A DNA stretch of 54,731 bases from Bacteroidales bacterium (GCA_017507285.1 JAFWBF010000155.1:1-54731), one strand, 5' to 3'. Positions 37,830 through 46,589 are shown, counted from the first letter of the stretch. Notes: generated by a model from the sequence alone, not told the origin. A program made the numbers and translations.

Positions 37830-38316
37830 CGTTATATTTCTTATTATTGTTACTCTATTTCGATTATTTCAAATGTTTTTAATATATTGTGTATCATTAA
37901 AATATATTCAGTGTTTGCTTTTTTTTCTATTACAAACAGATTGCAAATATATGAATTTAATTGGAAATGGTAAAATGATTTTGTCTTTTTTTTGCAATTT
38001 ATTTGATAAAAAAGTCTTTTTGCATGTTTTTATTGTAGGCATAAGTTATGGTTTGTTGAAAAATGGAAAGTTTGTTTTGTTGGCTATTTTATGTTGCGAA
38101 AAAATCTATGTTTTGGTGTGATTTCTTTTCAAAAATACCCCGATAAATACGATAAAAACCTGTAAAAATGCACATTTTTGTGTATCAAAAAAAATAAAAA
38201 AAAGTTTTGTGGTATAATGCGCTGTAAATGATTATGTTATTAAAGGGTGATAGAAGAAAAACACACAAAAGTGTCAAAAAAAAACAAAAATGGTTAGGCT
38301 GTTTGAATAAATCTTA

Positions 38317-38324
38317 CTATCTTT
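38317..38324 (+). promoter_or_regulatory. -7 promoter box (TAnnTTTG) upstream of the T9SS operon
   Basis: TATCTTTG lies about 100 bp upstream of the porP ATG. Confidence 0.5.
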
Positions 38325-38425
38325 GCAAGTTGTATTCACACTGGTTTTTTTGATAAAAATCGGGTCGAATAGAGTTTTATATAAGTGAAAATAAATATAT
38401 TGTAAAGAATAAATACTACTGCATT

Positions 38426-39457
38426 ATGGAAGTCAAAACCTTGAAGAAAATATCATTTTTAGCACTGATATGGGGTTTTTTGTCTCTTGGCTACGCGCAA
38501 CAAGAGGCACAGTTTACGCAGTATATGTTCAACAAACTTTCGTACAATCCTGGTTATGCAGGAACATCTGGTTCGATATGTTTGACCGGGTTGTATCGTG
38601 ATCAATGGATGGGACTCACTTTAGACGGACCTACCGGAAGTTCTAGTGCAGAGGCAGGAGGGTATACACCACGAGATTATCTATTCACCATCGATAGTCC
38701 TATACCTTTTTTGCATGGTGCTATTGGTGCAACGTTTATCATGGATAGGGTAGGGTATACCGAATCGATGCAAGTGAGTTTTGATTATGCTTATCATGTA
38801 AATTGGGGATCGGGTGTGCTTTCCATTGGTTTGGAAGGTACTTTGAATATGATGAGTATAGATTTTTCGAACTTATATGGCTATGATGATATGACAGGAA
38901 ATCCTTCAAATCCAACAAATTCGAGCAACGACCCTTTGTTAGGACAAAAAGATGAAAGTGCAAATTTGATAGATGGTTCTTTTGGATTGTTTTATCAGGA
39001 AGCAGGTAAGTTTTATGCCGGTGTTTCGATGAAGAATATATTGGCTGCTAAGTCTGAAGAAATGAATTTTCAAAATACTAGATGCATCTACTTTATGGGA
39101 GGTTATGAATATGTTCTTCCAGCAATGCCATCGGTTAGAATATTACCATCCACACTAGTGAAAACAGCCGATTTTTCGGTATTTCAATTAGATCTTTCGT
39201 GTTTAGTAGAGTACGATCGTACAGTGTGGGGGGGATTGTCTTATCGATATCAAGATGCTATAGCAGTGCTTGCCGGTGTTAACTGGAAAAAATTACGATT
39301 CGGTTTTGCTTACGATTTTACTATATCTGATTTGGGTGGTATCTCTAAACCAGGTAGAAGTAAGGGGTCAATGGAAGTATATTTACGCTATTGTTTCAAC
39401 ATCGTTATACCTCCAAAACCACCATCAAGTTATTTGAATACACGTTATTTGTTGTAA
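38426..39457 (+). CDS. porP: PorP/SprF-family type IX secretion system membrane protein
   Basis: Signal peptide followed by QQEAQFTQYMFNKLSYNPGYAG, the family's signature N-terminus. The beta-barrel-like sequence is about 340 aa. Confidence 0.9.
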   Translation: MEVKTLKKISFLALIWGFLSLGYAQQEAQFTQYMFNKLSYNPGYAGTSGSICLTGLYRDQWMGLTLDGPTGSSSAEAGGYTPRDYLFTIDSPIPFLHGAIGATFIMDRVGYTESMQVSFDYAYHVNWGSGVLSIGLEGTLNMMSIDFSNLYGYDDMTGNPSNPTNSSNDPLLGQKDESANLIDGSFGLFYQEAGKFYAGVSMKNILAAKSEEMNFQNTRCIYFMGGYEYVLPAMPSVRILPSTLVKTADFSVFQLDLSCLVEYDRTVWGGLSYRYQDAIAVLAGVNWKKLRFGFAYDFTISDLGGISKPGRSKGSMEVYLRYCFNIVIPPKPPSSYLNTRYLL

Positions 39458-39546
39458 AAATGTAACCTTATAAAAAAAATCTCGTTATAGAAGAGACTAT
39501 TTATAGAAAAAGAAACTTATTTATGAATATTAAAATTCTTATCAAT

Positions 39547-40914
39547 ATGAAGAAAATAGTTTTAATGCTCAGTGGAGTAATGTTGTTATGGAGCTGTGCA
39601 ACTAGCGACCAAGGTGAGTTGACAGGTGTAAAAGAACGTCAGATATTCGAAGACATCGACCTTGCCGGAATGGTATTTGTTGAACAAGGTAATTTTATTA
39701 TGGGAGGTGGAACTCAAGATAATGTTTATGGAGTAACATCGCCCTTGAGAACAGTTCAAGTGGGTTCGTTCTTTATGGACGAAACAGAGATAACTAATAA
39801 CGAATATCGTCAGTTCGTTTATTGGGTGAGAGATTCTATTGCACGTCGATTGTTAGGAGAAGCTGGAATAGAAGGATTTTTAATAGAAGAAGATGAGTAT
39901 GGTGAACCAATAGATCCAGCAATAATTAATTGGAAAACTAGAATTGATTGGGAAAACCAAGAAGTACGTGAAGCTTTAGAACCATTGTATTATGCAGCAA
40001 AGGATAGATTCTACAACAGAAGATCTTTTGATCCTGCAAAGTTTAACTATGAATATTATTGGATAGATTATAAGCAAGCTGCTCAAAAGACAGATTATTC
40101 CAATACTCAAAAAACAGAATATAAAGGTTCGATGTTTGCAAACAGGCCTAAAGGTTTAAATGATAGAGCTCAATTTATAAAAAGAGAAGTAATCAATGTA
40201 TATCCTGATACATTATGTTGGATACATGACTATGTATACAGCAGTAATGATGATTATTCGCAACATTATTTCTCATCTCCTGCGTATGACCATTATCCTG
40301 CAGTAGGTATATCGTGGAAGCAAGCAAAAGCATTTTGTGTGTGGAGATCTAATTATTTGAATAATTATTTGAGATCAATAAATTATACCGAAATGTGTGA
40401 TTTTCGTTTGCCTACTGAAGCTGAATGGGAATATGCAGCAAGAGGAGGTATGTCGGATATGCCTTATCCCTGGGGGGGGCCTTACATAAGAAATACAAAC
40501 GGATGTTTCTTAGCTAACTACGAACCGTTGCGTGGACACTATGATGATGACGGAGGTATGAGAACATTGATGGTAGGACACTATGCTCCAAATGACTATG
40601 GTTTGTATGATATGTCGGGTAATGTGGCTGAATGGTGCGAAGATGCATACAACGAATCTATATATATTGTAGGTAATAGTTTGGCGTTGGCAAATAGCTA
40701 TAATGCGGCTGAAGATGATCCTCCCGCAATGAAACGCAAAGTTATCCGTGGTGGCTCTTGGAAAGATCAAAAGTATTATATTCAAGTACAAACAAGAACA
40801 TACGAATTTCAAGATACAGCAAAATCTTATATAGGTTTCAGATGTGTTGACTCTTATTTAGGACGTGTTAAGGGTGACAATTTGAAGGCTGCGTCTAATG
40901 TATATGCATACTAA
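39547..40914 (+). CDS. gldK: T9SS/gliding lipoprotein GldK (PorK), FGE-sulfatase (SUMF1) fold
   Basis: Lipoprotein signal LLWSCAT. The FGE-domain motifs GFRLPTEAEWEYAARGG, YPWG and RGGSW are present. The gene sits at the first position of the gldKLMN order. Confidence 0.92.
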   Translation: MKKIVLMLSGVMLLWSCATSDQGELTGVKERQIFEDIDLAGMVFVEQGNFIMGGGTQDNVYGVTSPLRTVQVGSFFMDETEITNNEYRQFVYWVRDSIARRLLGEAGIEGFLIEEDEYGEPIDPAIINWKTRIDWENQEVREALEPLYYAAKDRFYNRRSFDPAKFNYEYYWIDYKQAAQKTDYSNTQKTEYKGSMFANRPKGLNDRAQFIKREVINVYPDTLCWIHDYVYSSNDDYSQHYFSSPAYDHYPAVGISWKQAKAFCVWRSNYLNNYLRSINYTEMCDFRLPTEAEWEYAARGGMSDMPYPWGGPYIRNTNGCFLANYEPLRGHYDDDGGMRTLMVGHYAPNDYGLYDMSGNVAEWCEDAYNESIYIVGNSLALANSYNAAEDDPPAMKRKVIRGGSWKDQKYYIQVQTRTYEFQDTAKSYIGFRCVDSYLGRVKGDNLKAASNVYAY

Positions 40915-40988
40915 GAGTTATAGTTCATATTGAAAATAAGTAATTAATATAAATAACATAAACAAAAACAAACAAAAAACATCAAATT

Positions 40989-41948
40989 ATGAGTAAACTT
41001 GATAATTTAGTTCGTAGTAAGGGCTACAAAAATTTCATGGCGAAATTGTATGGTATTGGTGCTGCTATAGTTATTTTAGGAGCGATGTTTAAGATTATGC
41101 ACTGGCCTGGTGCTGACCTTATGATTGTTGTTGGTATGTCAACAGAAGCTATTATCTTCTTGTTCTCTGCGATAGAGCCATTGCACGTTGAGTACGATTG
41201 GAGTTTGGTATATCCCGAATTGGCAGGTATGCACGATGGTGTTGAACATAATTCGGATGATGACGAAGAAGAACTTGACGAAGCAGTGAGTGGAAGAAGA
41301 GGAGGTAATGCAGGAACTAATGTTGTTATGGCTGGTAATCCAATGACTCAACAATTAGATAAAATGTTGGAAGATGCTAAGATCGGTCCTGAATTAATCG
41401 AAAGTTTGGGAAAGGGAATGCAAAATTTAGCAGATTCTGCAAATTCGTTGAATGGTATGGCTACAGCTGTAGCTGCAACTGACAAGTTTGTAACTAACAT
41501 GGATAGTGCAGCTGATGCTGTTACAGAATTATCAGATGCTTATCGTCGTAATGCAGCTTCGATAAATAAAGATTCAGAAACATCAGAAGCTTATTTAGAT
41601 AGTTTGAGAGATGCTACAAATTCTGTTGCTACTTTGTCTAATATATATAAAGAAACAGCACAAACTTTGGCAAAGGGAGATGTTTCATATGTTGAAGAAT
41701 TGAAGAAAATGGCAACTAGTTTGTCGTCAATTAATGCAATGTATGAAATTCAGTTGCAAAATTCTACTTCTCAATTGGAAGCAACAAAACAAGTGCAAGA
41801 TAAAATTCAAAATATGGTGGTTAACTTTGCAAATTCGGCAGACGATGTATTGAAGTACAAAGAACAAGTTGATGCATTGTCGAGAAAAGTTGCTGAACTT
41901 AACAAAGTATATGGTAATATGTTGGCAGCAATGCAAACACGTATCTAA
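40989..41948 (+). CDS. gldL: T9SS/gliding motor protein GldL (PorL)
   Basis: Two N-terminal TM helices (YGIGAAIVILGAMFKIMHWPG ...) followed by a long helical cytoplasmic tail. It sits between gldK and gldM. Confidence 0.9.
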   Translation: MSKLDNLVRSKGYKNFMAKLYGIGAAIVILGAMFKIMHWPGADLMIVVGMSTEAIIFLFSAIEPLHVEYDWSLVYPELAGMHDGVEHNSDDDEEELDEAVSGRRGGNAGTNVVMAGNPMTQQLDKMLEDAKIGPELIESLGKGMQNLADSANSLNGMATAVAATDKFVTNMDSAADAVTELSDAYRRNAASINKDSETSEAYLDSLRDATNSVATLSNIYKETAQTLAKGDVSYVEELKKMATSLSSINAMYEIQLQNSTSQLEATKQVQDKIQNMVVNFANSADDVLKYKEQVDALSRKVAELNKVYGNMLAAMQTRI

Positions 41949-41989
41949 AATTAATCATTGTATTTAACGAATAAATAATAGGATAGAAT

Positions 41990-43672
41990 ATGGGTGCAAC
42001 AAATTGTCCGGAGACGCCCCGGCAGAAGATGATATCGATGATGTATTTGGTGTATTTGGCACTTTTGGCGTTAAATGTGTCAGCTATGCTTTTAAACAGC
42101 TTTATTACTGTATCAGATACAATGGATAAGTCAAACTTAGCTGTAATGGGAAAAGTGGAAGATACTTATACTAAGTTTGCAAATTTTGCGACAACTAACC
42201 CTGAAAAAGCCGGTGATCACTACAAGAAAGCTTTGGAAGTTAAAAGATTATCTGAAGAGTTAAGGGATTACATTGATAGTATAAAGTACGATTTTATAGG
42301 CCAATTAGAGAAAGTAGCGGAGTATCATGATACTGCTACAGGTGAAAAGGTAAAAGAGAATCTTTTGAGAGAAGATGGTGTTGTAGACATTGCTAAGGTT
42401 AAGGGAGTAATAGGTGCTGTAGGTGTTGGTTTTATGAAACAGTTGAGTGCAGATGCGGCTGCTCAAAACCATTTCTTAGGAAGTGGCGAATTTGATCCGT
42501 CTAATGAAGATTTAAGATCCGTTCAAATACGTAAACACATCGAAAAGTACAAAGCAGATGTAAGAGCCCTTTTATCAGGTATTGAAGTCGAATTTCCGGG
42601 ATTGGATGTTGAAGGAGAAAATTTCACTCTTAATGTTCATGGAAAAGCACAAAAAGGAGCGTGGGAACGTCACATATTTGAAAGTAATATTCCGGTTGCA
42701 GACGTTGTATTATTGACTCGTTTGACGACTGATATTATGAATTGTGAGTTTGATTTGGCTAATATGTTATATAAGGCAGTTAATGCTGATGACTTTAAAT
42801 TTGACCAAGTTAGAGCTCGTGTAATACCTAAGGCAACAACAGTTATGCAAGGTGATAACTATGAAGCTGATATATTTGTAGCTGCTTATGATTCTAAAGC
42901 CGACTTGAGAGTGAAAGTAAATGGTAAAGAGATTGTAGGTGATGCTGCAGACAGTGGTAGTGTGCATTGGGTAGTAGGTACCGGTGGATTGGGTGCTCAA
43001 AAGTATTCAGGTGAGATATATGTAAAGAAGGAGAGTGGTGAAGTAGCTTATCCTTTTTCCGGCGAATACTTTGTAACTATGCCAAGTGCTGTAATATCTT
43101 TGACTAATATGAATGTGATATATGCCGGTATTGACAATCCTTTTTCGGTATCTGTACCAGGCGTGAATAGTAAAGATGTTTTTGTAACAGCATCTGCCGG
43201 AACTATTCGTCCAAATCCTGATGATAAGAGCGGTGGCAGTTATTTGATTAATGTAACTAAGGTTGCTCCTATTACAATGACTGTAGAAGCTAATATTGAT
43301 GGAAAGAGAAAGAAAATGGGTGAATTTAAGTATCGTTGCAAGAGTATACCTGCACCAATCTTGAAATTTGGTAAGAACGAAGGTAACTGTTCTATGAAAC
43401 CTGAAGAATTGAAAGCTATAGGTGGTTTTAAGGTAGCAATGAAAGACTTTGAATTTAAAATACCGCCATTGAAAGTAACCTCTTTCTCTTTCAATATGCA
43501 GGGTAGTGGAAAATCGGATGTTCAAATTAGAAATACCGATCGTTTTGATCCGGAAATTAGGAGTATGCTAGATAAGGCGAGAAGAGGTCAGAAAGTTTAT
43601 ATTGATGATGTGAAGGTTAAAACTCCTGATGGAAGAACACATACTTTAAATGCAACGGTAAAGATGTTGTAA
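41990..43672 (+). CDS. gldM: T9SS/gliding protein GldM (PorM)
   Basis: N-terminus TPRQKMISMMYLVYLALLALNVS, the signature GldM TM segment, followed by about 500 aa of periplasmic domains. Confidence 0.92.
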   Translation: MGATNCPETPRQKMISMMYLVYLALLALNVSAMLLNSFITVSDTMDKSNLAVMGKVEDTYTKFANFATTNPEKAGDHYKKALEVKRLSEELRDYIDSIKYDFIGQLEKVAEYHDTATGEKVKENLLREDGVVDIAKVKGVIGAVGVGFMKQLSADAAAQNHFLGSGEFDPSNEDLRSVQIRKHIEKYKADVRALLSGIEVEFPGLDVEGENFTLNVHGKAQKGAWERHIFESNIPVADVVLLTRLTTDIMNCEFDLANMLYKAVNADDFKFDQVRARVIPKATTVMQGDNYEADIFVAAYDSKADLRVKVNGKEIVGDAADSGSVHWVVGTGGLGAQKYSGEIYVKKESGEVAYPFSGEYFVTMPSAVISLTNMNVIYAGIDNPFSVSVPGVNSKDVFVTASAGTIRPNPDDKSGGSYLINVTKVAPITMTVEANIDGKRKKMGEFKYRCKSIPAPILKFGKNEGNCSMKPEELKAIGGFKVAMKDFEFKIPPLKVTSFSFNMQGSGKSDVQIRNTDRFDPEIRSMLDKARRGQKVYIDDVKVKTPDGRTHTLNATVKML

Positions 43673-43722
43673 TTGTGATGAAGTTTAATATAGATCGAAA
43701 GATCTGCTAAAAATAGATTAAG

Positions 43723-44622
43723 ATGAAAAAAATAGCGTTTTGTTTAGGACTATTCATTTTTTCGGCAATGAGTTATTCTGTATTTGCTCAAAATATAGTT
43801 GAGGCCGAAGAGAATGAAAATAATTTTGATGGTTTCTATGAGAAACATTTATCTTCGGAAAAGAGAGCAATTCCGTTTGCTCCGGTTCGTGAGTCGGATA
43901 TAGTTTGGAAAACATGTATTTGGCGTACTATTGATATGCGTGAAAAATTTAATCAATTTTTCTATTTTCCAATACAAACTGAGGCAGAAGGTAATACTCA
44001 ACAACGTAAAAATTTGTTCTATACAATATGGGACGCTTTGGAAAGTGGTCAGATAGAGGCATATGAACCAGATGATGATGAGTTTAAAAAACCTCCACTT
44101 GATTTTGAAGTATTAAAAGCTAAGTATTTTCGTATTGATACTTCAGGTTATACTGATGAAGATGAAGATGGTAATGAAATTTGGGTAGAGACATTTATTG
44201 AGAAAGAGTTGAAATCCGAAGATGTTCATCAAATCTTGTTGAAAGAATATTGGTATATCAATAAGCAAGACACTCGTCAAAATGTTAGAATAGTGGGTTT
44301 GGCATTTAAATATAACGAATGTAAGGATAGAGACGGGGAGTTGGAATGTAATCCTATAACTTTGTTTTGGATTCCTATGAATGATATGAGAGTACGTGAC
44401 GTGTTGGTAAAACAAGATGCTTATGATGAATTTAATCAAGCTTCGCCTCGTTCTTATGATGATATCTTTATCCAACGTTATTTTGAAAGTTTCATTACTC
44501 GCGAAACTAATGATTATAATCGTTCGATATCTGATTATTTAACAGGTCAAGATGCTTTGATTGAATCAGAAAAAATTGCAGAAAGAATATTCAACATCGA
44601 GTTGGATATGTGGGAATATTAA
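43723..44622 (+). CDS. gldN: T9SS/gliding periplasmic ring protein GldN (PorN)
   Basis: Signal peptide plus VRESDIVWKTCIWRTIDMREKFNQFFYFP, the signature GldN region. Confidence 0.9.
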   Translation: MKKIAFCLGLFIFSAMSYSVFAQNIVEAEENENNFDGFYEKHLSSEKRAIPFAPVRESDIVWKTCIWRTIDMREKFNQFFYFPIQTEAEGNTQQRKNLFYTIWDALESGQIEAYEPDDDEFKKPPLDFEVLKAKYFRIDTSGYTDEDEDGNEIWVETFIEKELKSEDVHQILLKEYWYINKQDTRQNVRIVGLAFKYNECKDRDGELECNPITLFWIPMNDMRVRDVLVKQDAYDEFNQASPRSYDDIFIQRYFESFITRETNDYNRSISDYLTGQDALIESEKIAERIFNIELDMWEY

Positions 44623-44641
44623 TTAAACTTTTTCGCTAAAA

Positions 44642-44674
44642 AAACTGCCTTTTTATATTAAAGGCAGTTTTTTT
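44642..44674 (+). terminator. terminator-like hairpin between gldN and its paralog (possible partial terminator/attenuator)
   Basis: Stem aaactgcctt / aaggcagttt with a 9-nt loop, followed by a T-run that runs into the start region of the next gene. Confidence 0.6.
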
Positions 44675-44684
44675 GTGTATATGT

Positions 44685-45548
44685 ATGAGAGTAAAAAGCA
44701 TAAATATATTATTCTTTTGTTTCATTTGTTCAAATTTTGTTTTATCCCAAAATAATTATGGGGTAGGGAAATTTTATGATGATTCTTTTACCAAAGAACG
44801 TAAGGTTTTATCTCGTGAACCGGTGAGAGGTGCTGATGTGATATGGGAAACAAAGATTTGGAGAATGATTGATTTTAGAGAGCGTTTTAATCAATTCTTT
44901 TATTATCCCTTGGAAAAAGAAGGTATCGAGGAGCGAAAAAATCTTGTTTATACTGTGTGGAATGCTATATTGAATGGCGAGATTACGGTATTTGAAGACG
45001 ATGAATTTAAAATACCCATAGATAATGAGTTGTTGAAAAGACGTTATACAAAGATTGATACTCTCTGGTTAGAAATTGAAGATGAGGAAGGAATAACTGA
45101 TTATCAAGCTGTGATTGTGCCAAAAGATTTCAATTCGGAGGATATTTATCAGTTGAAACTAAAGGAAATTTGGTATTTAGATAAGGAAGTTTCAACCATA
45201 TCTGTACAGATAATAGGTATGGCCTTTGTTATGCAAGATATTAGAGTTGATGATGAAGGTGAATACGAATTGCGTGGAAATGTAACCCTGTTTTGGGTTC
45301 CGTTTATGTCGGAGAGTGTTAAGAACTTGTTGGCTAACAATTATGTTTATCGTGATTATAATCTTGCAGTATTACCTTCGTGGGAACAAATATTTTATAC
45401 AAGATACTTTAATAGTTTTATAATACGAGAAGATAATATCCATAATAGGTATATTAACGATTACCTTTTGGGTATGGATGCTTTGAAAGAAGCAGAGCGT
45501 ATTGAAACAACAATTTTTGAAATGGAAATAGATATGTGGGATTATTAA
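44685..45548 (+). CDS. second GldN-family paralog (GldO-like)
   Basis: Same architecture and motifs as gldN (VRGADVIWETKIWRMIDFRERFNQFFYYP; C-terminal EMEIDMWDY versus NIELDMWEY). The ATG at 44685 is preferred over the TTG at 44673. Confidence 0.88.
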   Translation: MRVKSINILFFCFICSNFVLSQNNYGVGKFYDDSFTKERKVLSREPVRGADVIWETKIWRMIDFRERFNQFFYYPLEKEGIEERKNLVYTVWNAILNGEITVFEDDEFKIPIDNELLKRRYTKIDTLWLEIEDEEGITDYQAVIVPKDFNSEDIYQLKLKEIWYLDKEVSTISVQIIGMAFVMQDIRVDDEGEYELRGNVTLFWVPFMSESVKNLLANNYVYRDYNLAVLPSWEQIFYTRYFNSFIIREDNIHNRYINDYLLGMDALKEAERIETTIFEMEIDMWDY

Positions 45549-45867
45549 TTATTTCCGGATAGGGTTTTAGATATCTATTTGAAAGAAATCAATCTTTTTG
45601 TTTTGTAGTTCTTGTTATTAGTGTCCGCTAAAAATCAATCCGATCCATGTTTGATGTTTGTTTTGTCGCACAGCCGATTATATGCTCTGTATAATGGCTT
45701 GTCAAAGATTTAATATTCTTTAGCCTTTGTAACTTAATATGTTGCAAAGGCTGAATCTTGTTTGTCGACCACCAATGATTTCTTTTCGAAAACTTAGTAG
45801 CCGATTAATTTCCTCTTTTCCCCCGCCACAAAACTTCTCTACCCCCACTATAAAACTATTTTCATGA

Positions 45868-45951
45868 CATGAAAATATACTTTCAAGACATGAAAGTATA
45901 CTTTCAAGCTTTGAAAATATACTTTCAAGGCTTGAAAATACTTTTTGAAAC
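45868..45951 (+). repeat. four 21-bp tandem units, each an imperfect palindrome TGAAA-N6-TTTCA
   Basis: Units at 45868, 45889, 45910 and 45931 (catgaaaatatactttcaaga and variants), with a degenerate unit just upstream. Confidence 0.9.
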
Positions 45952-46038
45952 GGGCAAAATATATTTTAGAAACGTCTATAAACAGTTTTTGGAACGTTCA
46001 TAGGCAGTTTGTAGGACGTGTCTTTTGGGGTTGGCTGT
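45951..46038 (+). repeat. four 22-bp phased units ending in GRAACG
   Basis: gaaacg at 45947 and 45969, ggaacg at 45991 and aggacg at 46013. Units 2 and 3 share cagttt. Confidence 0.7.
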
Positions 46039-46071
46039 TGGCTGTTTGCCGTTGGCTATTGGCTGTTTGCC
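46030..46071 (+). repeat. two 21-bp tandem units GTTGGCTNTTGGCTGTTTGCC
   Basis: 46030-46050 and 46051-46071 differ at one base. Confidence 0.9.
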
Positions 46072-46171
46072 GGTCTGTTGTTGCTGTGGGGGCAAGGGGT
46101 ATTGTTACATCTGTTTACATATAAGTGCAAAAATATTTCCTCAAATATTACCATTATTCCAAAAATATGCG

Positions 46172-46179
46172 TAACTTTG
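46172..46179 (+). promoter_or_regulatory. candidate -7 promoter box (TAnnTTTG) about 100 bp downstream of the repeat arrays
   Basis: TAACTTTG. If used, it would give a leader of about 500 nt for the S8 protease gene. Confidence 0.35.
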
Positions 46180-46316
46180 CAAAACACGACGGAGGACTAT
46201 TTATGATAAATCTTCCTCTATTTGATTAATAAACAATAATGTAACAATAAATAATAAAACGATAAGAAACAGAAATATATAAATTAACACATATAAAGAT
46301 ATAAGCATTGACTATT

Positions 46317-46493
46317 ATTCGCGTTCGAGAAAAAGCCTGAGAAACTTCTTTTTTGACTCTTTGAATAATCTGGTTCATGGATTGCTTTTGTAGCGTAAGT
46401 CAACCAAAAAGAAAGATGTTGATGTTCACGTTTGGTGTGGACATATCATTCTTTTTGGGCGGTTTATTTCTCAGGCAATCCGTGAACGCGAAT
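46317..46493. promoter_or_regulatory. inverted-repeat pair flanking about 120 bp (inverton-like segment or leader RNA stem)
   Basis: attcgcgttc-N8-gcctgagaaa (46317-46344) pairs with tttctcaggc-N7-gaacgcgaat (46467-46493), giving two perfect 10-bp blocks. Confidence 0.6.
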
Positions 46494-46581
46494 GAACTCC
46501 ACACCTTTTTTATACTCTTGTCTATCGGATGCCAATGCAAAAAAAATATCATATTTAACTATTAGTATTGGAAAAAATACG

Positions 46582-46589
46582 TATATTTG
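46582..46589 (+). promoter_or_regulatory. -7 promoter box (TAnnTTTG) upstream of the S8 protease gene
   Basis: TATATTTG lies about 100 bp upstream of the ATG at 46687. Confidence 0.5.

Noticed and set aside
37672-38121. 149-aa ORF overlapping the 5' end of the CoA-transferase gene and running into the AT-rich gap.
   Set aside because: It is antisense to a well-supported gene at its start and otherwise consists of low-complexity F/L/I-rich sequence from AT-rich DNA.
46018-46565. Small ORFs 46018..46206 and 46377..46565 in the gap upstream of the S8 protease.
   Set aside because: The first simply translates the GTTGGCTGTTGGCTGTTTGCC tandem repeat (peptide GCWLFAVGYWLFAG). The second spans the inverted-repeat segment. 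Neither has a credible start context.
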